Assembly: GCA_963717935.1 (NCBI GenBank)
Contig: CAVQXP010000004.1
Coordinates: 1,024,001-1,088,000 of the forward strand
Source: Candidatus Eiseniibacteriota bacterium
GTDB lineage: Bacteria > Eisenbacteria > RBG-16-71-46
Length of the DNA: 64,000 bases
Direction: 5' to 3'
Below the pieces are notes generated by a model. That model saw nothing but the letters and a program-made list of their open reading frames with translations. It made no database searches and had not been told where the DNA came from. Below are positions 18,977 to 27,484 of this stretch, piece after piece (position 1 is the stretch's first letter; each line of letters starts with the position of its first letter). The position numbers and the translations under genes are program-made.

Positions 18977-20293
18977 CTAGGAGTGTGGGAAGAGCCCCGG
19001 GAAGAGGGTGCTGAGCGCGAACATCGTCGAGGCGATGATGATGACGATGACGATGCTCCAATTCACAAGGTTCTGCCAGCGCGAATTCACGTACTTGCCC
19101 ATGAAGCCCCGGTCGTTGAGGAGCAGGATGAGGAAGACGAGGCAGACCGGCAGCAGGGTCACCGCCACCACCTGGACGTACATCGTGATGGTCACGAGCG
19201 GAGCGCCGGGGATGAGCACCACGGCGCCGCTGGTGAGCAGCATGCCGAGGTAGGCGAGGTAGAACCACGGCGCGTCCCGCACGCTCCGGTTCAGCGAGTG
19301 GGCCCAGCCCATGACCTCGCCCAGCGCCCAGGACGAGGACAGCGAGATGCACAGGGCTCCGAGGAAACCCGCGTCGAACAGGCCGATGGCGAAGAGTTGC
19401 TGGGCCAGGCGGCCCTGCCCGTGCGGCAGCAGGGGCACCAGCGCGTCGGCGGTCTGCCGGGCGTCCTCGATCGCGAGGGGGGGTGTGTGGTAGTGGAAGG
19501 CGGCACCCGTCGTGATGATGATGAACACGGCCACCACGCAGGTGATGATCGCTCCGGCCAGCGTGTCCCACTTGCCGAAGCGCACGTCGTGGATGTCGAG
19601 CCCCTTGTCCACGACCGAGGACTGCTGGAAGAACAACTGCCAGGGCGTGATGGTCGTGCCCACGATCGCGAGGATCATGAACAGGAGCCCCGCGGTGAAG
19701 CCGCCCGGGATCTCGGGCCACACGAAGCCGCTGGCCACCTTGTTCCAGCCGGGTGCGCCGGGCGCGTTCATGGCCCACAGCGCCGCCGGGATGTAGACCA
19801 GGTTGAAGACGCAGAAGAAGAGCGTCAGCTTCTCGAAGGTCCAGTAACGCCCGGTCAGCACCACCGCGAAGAGGATGGCCGTCACGCCCAGGAACGTGAT
19901 CCAGGGCGGCACGCCGAAGATGCTCGCCGCGGCCGTCATGCCGATGTACTCGGTGATGAGCGTGAGCCAGTTGACGACCGCCAGGTCGATGATCGAGAAC
20001 CAGCCCCAGAACGGCCCGAACCCCTCGAAGACGGCTTCGGCGTGCCCGCGCTTGGTGACCGCCCCCAGGCGCACGGTCATCTCCTGGATGTAGTAGGCGA
20101 TCGGGACCAGCAGGACGAAGATCCAGAGCAGGCTGAAGCCGTACTTCGACCCGGTCACGGCGTAGGTGGAGATGCCACCGGCGTCGTTGTCGGCCACCAT
20201 GGTGATGATGCCCGGGCCCAGCACGGCGGCGAAGATCGCCACCTGACGCCGGAAACGCGAGAGCTTGTGGATGCTCTTGCTGAGCCAGTACAC
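18977..20293 (-). CDS. NRAMP-family divalent metal transporter (Mg2+-type clade)
   Basis: LGPGIITMVADNDAGGISTY, IQEMTVRLG, VGTTITPWQLFFQQS; probable GTG start after GAGGTG. Confidence 0.9.
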   Translation of the reverse strand: MYWLSKSIHKLSRFRRQVAIFAAVLGPGIITMVADNDAGGISTYAVTGSKYGFSLLWIFVLLVPIAYYIQEMTVRLGAVTKRGHAEAVFEGFGPFWGWFSIIDLAVVNWLTLITEYIGMTAAASIFGVPPWITFLGVTAILFAVVLTGRYWTFEKLTLFFCVFNLVYIPAALWAMNAPGAPGWNKVASGFVWPEIPGGFTAGLLFMILAIVGTTITPWQLFFQQSSVVDKGLDIHDVRFGKWDTLAGAIITCVVAVFIIITTGAAFHYHTPPLAIEDARQTADALVPLLPHGQGRLAQQLFAIGLFDAGFLGALCISLSSSWALGEVMGWAHSLNRSVRDAPWFYLAYLGMLLTSGAVVLIPGAPLVTITMYVQVVAVTLLPVCLVFLILLLNDRGFMGKYVNSRWQNLVNWSIVIVIIIASTMFALSTLFPGLFPHS

Positions 20294-20446
20294 GTGCACC
20301 TCGGGGTGGGGCCTGGGGTGGGCGCAGGCCCATGCAGCCTGGCGCAGGCGGACCGAGCGCAGGGTAGGCCGCGACCCCGCGGGCGGCAAGCAGAAACGCG
20401 CCGGACGCGCGGCGGATCGCGACGTGCCCCGCGATCCGGAACCCGC

Positions 20447-20476
20447 TTGACACCCCGCGACGGTGGCCGATACGGT
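20447..20476 (+). promoter_or_regulatory. sigma70-type promoter for the EIIA operon
   Basis: TTGACA-18 nt-TACGGT. Confidence 0.5.
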
Positions 20477-20523
20477 GCGAGTCCCAAGATCGGCTGTACG
20501 GCCGCCACGGAGTACTCCCCGCC

Positions 20524-20997
20524 ATGAGGCTCTCCGAGCTCCTCAACCCGAACGCGATCAGCCTGCGCCTGAAGGGCCGCACCAAGCGCGAGGTGCTGGT
20601 CGAGCTCGTCGACCTGCTCGAGTCCAGCCATGGTTTCGCGAGCCAGGGTGAGATCCTCGACCGCGTGCTGCGGCGCGAGGCCATGATGTCCACGGGGCTC
20701 TTTCCCGGCGCGGCCATCCCGCACGGCAAGGCCCGCTCGGTGGACCGCATGGCGGCCGCCTGCGGTCTCTCGCCCGAGGGCGTGGATTTCGAGTCGGAGG
20801 ACGGTCAGCCGACCCACCTGTTCGTGCTGCTGGTCTCGCCCGAGAACGCCACCACGCCGCACGTGCGGCTGCTCGCGAACATCTCGCGCCTGTTGAAGAA
20901 CGACTCCGTGCGCGAGGGCCTGCTCGCGGCGCGCAGCCCGGAGGCGTTCCTGGCGATGGTGCAGGGCGGCGAGAGCGCCTTCATCCCACAGGGCTGA
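20524..20997 (+). CDS. PTS EIIA (fructose/mannitol/Ntr type, PtsN-like)
   Basis: REAMMSTG, AIPHGK (phospho-His), GVDFESEDGQPTHLFVLL, HVRLLANISRLL. Confidence 0.92.
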   Translation: MRLSELLNPNAISLRLKGRTKREVLVELVDLLESSHGFASQGEILDRVLRREAMMSTGLFPGAAIPHGKARSVDRMAAACGLSPEGVDFESEDGQPTHLFVLLVSPENATTPHVRLLANISRLLKNDSVREGLLAARSPEAFLAMVQGGESAFIPQG

Positions 20998-21034
20998 CGC
21001 CCGGCCAGGGCCACCGGTCGGGACGGGGGACACG

Positions 21035-21688
21035 GTGCACTTCCTCGATGCCTGGGTGGCGTTGCCGCCCCTCGACCTCTTGCGCCTCGCCGCTCCCGCC
21101 GCACTGCTGCTGATCGCGGTGCTGGTGCCCGGCCGCGTGACGGCACGGCTCGCCACGCTGGGCCTGGCGGTCTCGCTCCCGTTCCTGCGTGAATCGGGCG
21201 CCTCCGCCTGGGTCACCGCGGGCTGGGTGCTGCTCTGGCTCGCGATCGCCTGGCAGGCGGGACTGCCCTCGAAGCGCACGGCGCGCTCCGGCGCGCGGTG
21301 GGGGGAGATCGAGTCGGGCGCGGTGGGGCTGCTGCTCGGGTCGGCGTTGCTGGCGCTGCTCATCGCGGGGGTGGCGCGGCTCGACCTCGACGCCGCCCCG
21401 ACGCGGCAGTGTTCCCTTGGCGTGCTGCTCGTCAGCCTTGGTTTCCTGCACCTCATGCTGCGGCGCCATGCCGTGCGCGCCGCCACCGCCTTTGCGGCGA
21501 TGGGGCTCGGCCTGCAGCTGCTGCAGGCCGCCGTGCGCACGGTCGTGACGACCGGCGGCGAAGCCCTCGATGGACTGCCGCTCCTCGCCACCGCGCTGGC
21601 CGTGGTGGTGGCGGTGCGCATCGGCGCGGCGCGCGTCACCACGGCCGGCTCGGCGTGGGTGAGCGATGCCCACGACCTGCATGACTGA
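21035..21688 (+). CDS. Membrane protein, HyfE/NuoK-like (degenerate)
   Basis: 217 aa, about 6-7 TM. The C-terminal half LGFLHLMLRRHAVRA...GSAWVSDAHDLHD resembles NuoK/HyfE. Confidence 0.6.
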   Translation: MHFLDAWVALPPLDLLRLAAPAALLLIAVLVPGRVTARLATLGLAVSLPFLRESGASAWVTAGWVLLWLAIAWQAGLPSKRTARSGARWGEIESGAVGLLLGSALLALLIAGVARLDLDAAPTRQCSLGVLLVSLGFLHLMLRRHAVRAATAFAAMGLGLQLLQAAVRTVVTTGGEALDGLPLLATALAVVVAVRIGAARVTTAGSAWVSDAHDLHD

Positions 21689-21691
21689 GCC

Positions 21692-23026
21692 ATGCGCTTC
21701 CTGAGCCACCTGGTCCCCGGACCCCGCCCCGTCGGCGGACTGCTGTGCGCGGCCGGTCTCGCGCTCGTCGTCCTGCCCGCGCGTTTCGCCCCGGCGCTCG
21801 GGGTCGAGCTGCTCGCGGCCGGGTTCTGGTGGTGGGCCCGCGCCAGCGACGAGCCCGCGTTCCAGGTGCCCCGCTGGAGCTGGCTGCGCCGCCCCGCGAC
21901 CGCGCTGTGGCTGGCGGCGGCCATCGAGGTGGCACTGCCCGGGCCCGCCGCCGGCCTCCCGGTGCCGCCCGCCACGCTCGCGTTCTGGTCGCGGGTCGAA
22001 GCCATCGCGATCGTCTGGGCGGCGCTCGAACTGCTGGCGGCGCTGCCGCTGGCGCGACCGTTCTCGGACCTGCCGGGCCCGCTCATCGCGCACGGCGCAT
22101 GGCTGCCGGCGCTGCTGCCCGCGGCGGGATTCGTGCTGCTCTGGCGCCTGGCGCCGCGCTGGCTGGACGTGGACGACGTGCGCGAAGCAGCCGCGGTCCT
22201 GCTGCTGCTCACGGCGGCGTTGGCCGCGCTGCGGGCCTACGGGCGGCGGCGCTGGACCGCCGGGTTGCGCTGGCTGGTGGTCTTCGACAGCGCGCTGGCG
22301 GGCGTGCTCCTGTCGAGCGGTGCGGTCCCGCCCTGGATCGTGGTGGTGCTCTGGAGCGGCGCTTTCGGCACGCACGCCTACCTGCTGGCCGCGGAGCTCG
22401 GGGGGGCGACCCCGCGCCGCGGCCCGGTGATGGCGATGCTGTGGCGCACGACATCGTGGATCTCGACCGCGGCACTGGGCTGGCCGCTGCTCGCCGCCGC
22501 GGGCAACCTGAGCCCGCGCCGCGCCGTCCTCACGCTGGTCTGCGGCGGCATCCCGATCGCGCTCGCTTCGTGGGTGAACGTGGCTCGCCTGGTCGAGGCC
22601 CCCGAGCGCCGCGCGCTCGCCCGGCCGATCTTGTGGCTCACCCCGAGCCGCATGGCCCCGGCCGTACTGCTCTCGGGCGTGCCCCTGGCGCTGGCGAGCG
22701 CGTGGTGGGTGGGCTTCGCGCCGAGCTGGCTCTTCGCCCTGCTCGCGCTGGTGCCCGCGTTCGTGGGCGGATCGCTCGGCCTGCTCGCCGTGCGTCCCGC
22801 CGAGGCCGGCCGCGGGGCGCGCGCGGGTCAGATCGCCCAGCATGTCGCGCGCCGCCTGTTCCGCCTCGTGGTCGGTCTCGAGCGCGCGCTGGTCTCGGGA
22901 GCGGTGCGCCTGGCGCGGGTGCTCGCCACCCCGCTGCGCGACCTGCACACCGGTGACGCGCAGGAGTACGTACTCTTCCTCGTCGGGGTGGCCGTGCTCG
23001 CCATCCTGTTGCCCCTGCTGCGATGA
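21692..23026 (+). CDS. Membrane protein, NuoL/HyfB-like (degenerate)
   Basis: Multi-TM; amphipathic helix followed by LRDLHTGDAQEYVLFLVG, like the NuoL/HyfB C-terminal lateral helix and anchor. Confidence 0.6.
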   Translation: MRFLSHLVPGPRPVGGLLCAAGLALVVLPARFAPALGVELLAAGFWWWARASDEPAFQVPRWSWLRRPATALWLAAAIEVALPGPAAGLPVPPATLAFWSRVEAIAIVWAALELLAALPLARPFSDLPGPLIAHGAWLPALLPAAGFVLLWRLAPRWLDVDDVREAAAVLLLLTAALAALRAYGRRRWTAGLRWLVVFDSALAGVLLSSGAVPPWIVVVLWSGAFGTHAYLLAAELGGATPRRGPVMAMLWRTTSWISTAALGWPLLAAAGNLSPRRAVLTLVCGGIPIALASWVNVARLVEAPERRALARPILWLTPSRMAPAVLLSGVPLALASAWWVGFAPSWLFALLALVPAFVGGSLGLLAVRPAEAGRGARAGQIAQHVARRLFRLVVGLERALVSGAVRLARVLATPLRDLHTGDAQEYVLFLVGVAVLAILLPLLR

Positions 23027-24231
23027 GCGCGCGCGCCCTGCTCGGAGATCCCGCCCTGCCCGTGGCGCTTGCGTTGGTCGCGGCCCTGCTCCTGGTCGCG
23101 TCCGAGCGTCGGCGGCGCCCGCTCTTCGGCTCGCTGGGCCTGCTGCTCGCGCTCGTGCCCTGCGCGCTGGTGCTCGCGCGGCTCGAAGCGGTCGGCTGGG
23201 CCCTGGCACCGCTGGTGGCCGCGCTCGTCGCCGCCGCGCTCGCCCGCGAGCGCCCGGACCCGCTTCCCGGCGAGTGCGCGCTCAAGCTGGTCTGGGTGCT
23301 GGGTGGTGCCTTCGCCCTCACCGCCGTGGGGCTCGCGCTGCTGACGCTCGCCACCGGCGTGACCGCGCCGCTCGAACAGTGGAGTGTCCTGCAGCTGGGC
23401 CTCTCGCAGCGCATGGTGTGGGCGGTGGCGCTGCCGCTCACACTGCTCGCGGGCGTGGTGCTGCTGGGGGGGGCGCCGTTCCACTTCTGGGTGGCCGACC
23501 TGCTCCAGGGCGCGCCCTCCGCGCTCGCGCCGCTGGCGGTCGCGGTCCTGCAGGGCCTGGGCGCGATGTGGCTGGTCCGGCGTCTCGAGGGCGTCGAGGT
23601 GTTCGGGGGCGGTGCCGTGCTGGCGGGCACTCTGCTGCGCACCGCCGCGATCGCCGCGTTCCTCGCCGGCGCGGGGACGCTCCTGTCGCAGCGCCGGCCC
23701 GAGCGGCGCGTGGGCACCCTCGCGAGCCTGCAGGGCGGGCTCGCGCTGGCCGCGCTCGCCGTCGCCGTGGGGCGCGGCCAGCGCGACGCGATGGTCTCCG
23801 CCTGGCTCGTGCCCTGGGCCGCGCACCTGGCGCTGGCGCTCTCCGGTGCGACGTTGCTCGCGCGGCTCACCCCCGCAGACCCGGTGGCGGGCGCGCCCGG
23901 AGGCCACCTGTTCCGGCGCCATCCGCTGAGCGCGTTCGCCGGCCTCTATGCGCTCCTTTCGCTGGCCGGCGCGCCGGGGACCCCGGGGGCGGGCCTCTGG
24001 CTCGAGATCGCGCGCGGGCTCGCGGCGAGTGGCAGGAACGGGCTCCTCATCGCGCTCGCTCTCGGCTGGCTCGCGGCCTTCGCCACCGTGATGCGCGAGC
24101 TGCGCGAGGGTTTCGGCGCGCCCACGGCGGTGCGGCCCGAGCGCAACGTGCCCATGCCGATGCGCGCCGCGCTCTGGGTGAGTGGCGCGGGGCTGGCCGT
24201 GCTGGGAGCAGCGGGGCTGGTACTGCGGTAG
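23023..24231 (+). CDS. Proton-conducting transporter-like membrane subunit, NuoN-like (degenerate)
   Basis: ECALK, APFHFWVADLLQGAP, LFRRHP, LLSLAGAPGTPG; ATGA-coupled to the previous gene. Confidence 0.8.
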   Translation: MSARALLGDPALPVALALVAALLLVASERRRRPLFGSLGLLLALVPCALVLARLEAVGWALAPLVAALVAAALARERPDPLPGECALKLVWVLGGAFALTAVGLALLTLATGVTAPLEQWSVLQLGLSQRMVWAVALPLTLLAGVVLLGGAPFHFWVADLLQGAPSALAPLAVAVLQGLGAMWLVRRLEGVEVFGGGAVLAGTLLRTAAIAAFLAGAGTLLSQRRPERRVGTLASLQGGLALAALAVAVGRGQRDAMVSAWLVPWAAHLALALSGATLLARLTPADPVAGAPGGHLFRRHPLSAFAGLYALLSLAGAPGTPGAGLWLEIARGLAASGRNGLLIALALGWLAAFATVMRELREGFGAPTAVRPERNVPMPMRAALWVSGAGLAVLGAAGLVLR

Positions 24232-24295
24232 CGGTAGTGGAGCGCGATCCGCCGCCGAAACGAGCGGACGGGGACGCGATCGGGGCCCCGCGGGG

Positions 24296-24344
24296 AAGTT
24301 GGTGCGCCGCCTGGGACTTGAACCTGGAACCTGCTGATCAGGAG
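24296..24344 (-). repeat. Degenerate copy of the tRNA-Lys 3' half (att site)
   Basis: AAGTTGGTGCGCCGCCTgGGACTTGAACCTgGAACCTgCTGATcAgGAG matches 27002-27050 with 5 mismatches. Confidence 0.9.
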
Positions 24345-24428
24345 ACCCTGACCTGCCGCCAGCCCGGCGACCAGCGTAGACTACCGTCTCTTGTTCTCAA
24401 CGAATGTGCACCGGGAGGATGATCGACG

Positions 24429-26651
24429 ATGTCCCCCAGCACGCGGCCGGAGACTCAACGTCCGCCGTCCACCTCCGTCCCGTCGCTCGGGGAGCCCGTG
24501 GATCAGACGGTTCACCGGACCGAAGCCCTGGCGCTCGCGTCCGTGCTGCTGCTCGCGCTTGCGGCGCGCCTGCCCCTGCTGAGTTGGGGATTGCCCGACG
24601 TCCTCGAGGAGGCCATTCCCTTCTGGGTCGCCTGGGATATGTGGGGCTGGCATTCCGACTGGCGTCTCGGCCTCGACCCCGGCTTCTTCCGCTACCCCAG
24701 CCTGGTGATCTACCTCCAGCTCGCGGCGCAGGTGCTGCACTACGCCGCACTCCGGCTCACGGGATCGGTCCACTCGGTCCAGGAGTTCTACGCGGTCTTT
24801 CAGGCCGCGCCAGGGCCCTCGCTGGTGATCGCGCGCTCGATCACGGCCGCCTTCGGCGTGCTGACGCTGTGGCCGGCCTGGGCGCTTGCACGGCGCGCCG
24901 CCGGGCCGCGGGCCGCGGTGCTGGCGATGCTGCTGCTGGCGCTCCACCCGGTCCTGCTCGCCCGCTCACAGCTCGTGGAAGTGGACCTCCCGCTCACGTT
25001 CTTCACCACCTGGGGCCTGCTGCTTGCGGTACGCTTCACGGAGCAACCGTCGGCGCGTCGCGCGCTGGGGATGGGGCTGGTCGCGGGGCTCGCGACCTCG
25101 TGCAAGTACACGGGCGCGATGCTGCTCGCGCCCGCGCTGGTGGCGATTGCGATTGCGCGCCGAGTCGAGCCCACGGGCCCTGCGCCCGCTCGGGCCGGGG
25201 TGGGCGCGTCCGGACGCCGTCCGGCCCCGGCGCACGCGCGATCGGGCGTCGCGCGCGGGCCGGCGCGCTGGACGGCATCGCGCCCGGCGTGGGCGCTCCT
25301 CTGTGGCGCCGCGCTGCTCGTGGCGTTCCTCGCCTCCTCACCCTATGTGCTGATCGACCGCGCAGCGTTCATGCGTGACCTGCTCGACGAGCGGCAGCAC
25401 ATGGCCCTGGGTCACTTCGGCGTCACCGGAGGCCCCGCGCTCTTCGGCTACGCGCGTGAGTGGTTCGCGACGCTCATGGGATGGCCGCTCGGGATCGCAT
25501 CGCTCGCCGGGCTCATGTGGTTCGTAGCGCGCCGACGCCCATGGGCGCTGGTGCTGGCCGGCTTCCTGTTGCCATACGTGGCCATCGTGGGTTCCTGGAA
25601 CACGCAGGCCGAGCGCTACCTCGTCCCGCTCGTGCCGCTCAGCGTCGTGGCCGCGGCGGCGCTGGCCGTTGCCGTCATTGAAGCTGCCGAGGCCCGGCTG
25701 GTGCGCCGGCGGGCCGCGACCGAGGGCCCCGGGGCGCCCGCCCCCGGGCAGGCGCGTCCCGCCGCCGTGGTAGGGATCGCGCTCGCGGCTCTGGCGTTGG
25801 GCGGACCGCTGGCGCTCCGGCTGCCCGCGGTATACGCGAGCCGCGAGCCCGACACACGCACGCGCGCGCGCGAATGGATCGAAGCGAACGTGCCCGCAGG
25901 CTCGCTCATCCTGACCGAGGCCTACGGTCCCGACCTGTTCACCGCGATGCGGTACCGCCGGCTGAAGCGGAGCCCGCGCACGGTGCGTGACATGCTGAAG
26001 CGCCTCCACTACGAGCGGCCGATCTATGCGGTACTCGACCTGCCTGTCTTCCAGGTCACGCCTGAGCGCTCGGCCCGCTTCTACTCCGTGCGCGCCCACT
26101 CGCTCGCGGACATCGTGATCGTGAGCAGTTCGGTGCGCGACCGTTACCGTTTGGCGCCGGCGCGCTTCGGCCCCCAGCTTGCGTTCTACGACAGCCTCGA
26201 AGCCGGCTGGCGCAAGCTTCAGGTGTTACGCCCCGGGCGTGGTCCTGGCCCCGAGCTGGTGATCTACGGGAATCCGCGCGCGCTGCCGCCGTTCGCCGCC
26301 CGACGCGACCTCGGTCCAGCCGAGCCGGTCGCGGTGGCTGGGGCGCTCACGGGGGCCGAGGGCGCGTACTACACGCAGCTCGCGCTCAACTACGAGGTCT
26401 TCGGGCACCGCGAGCAGGCCAAGCAGTGCTATCTCCGCGCGCTGGAGGACGGCCGCGACGACCCGGCCAACTACGTGTTGGCCGCCACCTGGCTCTCGAT
26501 CCTGATGTGGCGCGAGCAGGGGCGTGATGCGGCCATTCGGGTGCTCGCGACCGCCGAACGGAACGCAACGGACCCCCGCGAGGTAACGCAGCTCGCCGCG
26601 CTGCGCGCCTCGCTTGAGTCGGCGGTCGCGAGCACGCCTGTCGAACCTTGA
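24429..26651 (+). CDS. GT-C (ArnT/PMT-like) membrane glycosyltransferase with C-terminal TPR-like region
   Basis: WGLPDVLEEAIPF, DPGFFRYPSL, EVDLP, GLATSCKY, ERYLVP, multi-TM. Confidence 0.85.
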   Translation: MSPSTRPETQRPPSTSVPSLGEPVDQTVHRTEALALASVLLLALAARLPLLSWGLPDVLEEAIPFWVAWDMWGWHSDWRLGLDPGFFRYPSLVIYLQLAAQVLHYAALRLTGSVHSVQEFYAVFQAAPGPSLVIARSITAAFGVLTLWPAWALARRAAGPRAAVLAMLLLALHPVLLARSQLVEVDLPLTFFTTWGLLLAVRFTEQPSARRALGMGLVAGLATSCKYTGAMLLAPALVAIAIARRVEPTGPAPARAGVGASGRRPAPAHARSGVARGPARWTASRPAWALLCGAALLVAFLASSPYVLIDRAAFMRDLLDERQHMALGHFGVTGGPALFGYAREWFATLMGWPLGIASLAGLMWFVARRRPWALVLAGFLLPYVAIVGSWNTQAERYLVPLVPLSVVAAAALAVAVIEAAEARLVRRRAATEGPGAPAPGQARPAAVVGIALAALALGGPLALRLPAVYASREPDTRTRAREWIEANVPAGSLILTEAYGPDLFTAMRYRRLKRSPRTVRDMLKRLHYERPIYAVLDLPVFQVTPERSARFYSVRAHSLADIVIVSSSVRDRYRLAPARFGPQLAFYDSLEAGWRKLQVLRPGRGPGPELVIYGNPRALPPFAARRDLGPAEPVAVAGALTGAEGAYYTQLALNYEVFGHREQAKQCYLRALEDGRDDPANYVLAATWLSILMWREQGRDAAIRVLATAERNATDPREVTQLAALRASLESAVASTPVEP

Positions 26652-26653
26652 GC

Positions 26654-26959
26654 GACCTTGCGATCCTCGAACAAGCGCCAGCTCTCACGTCCTCCGCAGC
26701 AAGTCTGGGCGCGTGCGCCGGGTTCCGCTACCGCCCGAGGTGCCCGCCGAGTGCCGGGGGCGGGTCGGACGACTCTCTCCGTTTCGGGACGCGTGCACGT
26801 TCAACCAGCGTGTCCGGAGGCTCACTCTCCGCGCTCCAGGCAGTGCGCGATCATGGCAGCATCGCGGTGACGGAGCGCTACGGGAAGATCGGCGATGATC
26901 TCGTGCAACGCGAGGCGCGGCGGCTCGCAGAGTACCGCGTGCGGGGGACGACAGCGTGA
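26654..26959 (+). pseudogene. Tyrosine recombinase/integrase C-terminal remnant
   Basis: One frame gives RSKSGRVRRVPLP (Lys beta-hairpin). Another gives ALQAVRDHGSIAVTERYGKIGDDLVQREARRL (LGHxxxxxTxxY box with catalytic Tyr). The HxLR segment is missing. Confidence 0.8.
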
Positions 26960-27005
26960 AAACTGGACCGAAAACGGGACCAACGCCCCGCCGCGATTCG
27001 TAAGT

Positions 27006-27081
27006 TGGTGCGCCGCCTAGGACTTGAACCTAGAACCTACTGATTAAGAGTCAGTTGCTCTACCAATTGAGCTAGCGGCGC
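27006..27081 (-). tRNA. tRNA-Lys (anticodon CTT)
   Basis: 76-nt cloverleaf GCGCCGCTAGCTCAATTGGTAGAGCAACTGACTCTTAATCAGTAGGTTCTAGGTTCAAGTCCTAGGCGGCGCACCA with encoded CCA. Confidence 0.98.
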
Positions 27082-27220
27082 GACACTGGGCTGCGAGGCT
27101 GCGATCGAGGGACATCCGGCAGGTGTGGCCTGGCGCACCACCATCCGTGCAGGTACTGCCGACTCGACATCGGGACGGCAAGCCTGCTCACCCCGCCACG
27201 CATCGGACACGTGGACGGGA

Positions 27221-27249
27221 AACTTACCCGGAAACCGCCCACCCCGCAA
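27221..27249 (-). promoter_or_regulatory. Probable tRNA-Lys promoter
   Basis: TTGCGG-17 nt-TAAGTT on the minus strand. Confidence 0.45.
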
Positions 27250-27484
27250 GCCTGCCAGCGCGGTCCGTGCCTCGGACCGCCCGGCCGGGCGGTCCCGGAG
27301 GGGCGCCGAGACGATCCCCGCGCGGCGCGAGCCGGTGGTGGCGTGTCCGCGGCGGGCTGATAGAATCAGGACCGTGCGCGCCCGCGGCCGGCGGTGGCCC
27401 GAACGGCCACGACTCGCGCCGAGTGTGGCGGGATTCCCCTCCAGCCGACGGGACATTCATCGGACGCCCGGAAGGAGCTCCTCG

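Larger units (their letters stand above)
24296..27050. mobile_element. Decayed integrative element at tRNA-Lys(CTT)
   Basis: Flanking 49-bp att direct repeats; tyrosine integrase remnant next to the tRNA; one cargo gene. Confidence 0.8.

Noticed and set aside
20294..20523. M-box (ykoK) or yybP riboswitch upstream of the NRAMP gene
   Set aside because: No recognisable conserved core; the short region holds divergent promoter elements.
24296..24344. Second tRNA gene
   Set aside because: Only the 3' half is present, and the T-stem and anticodon arm are broken. It is an att repeat.
27132..27140. 9-nt segment of the pre-tRNA leader complementary to the tRNA-Lys 3' end (TGGTGCGCC)
   Set aside because: Too short to be significant at this GC content.
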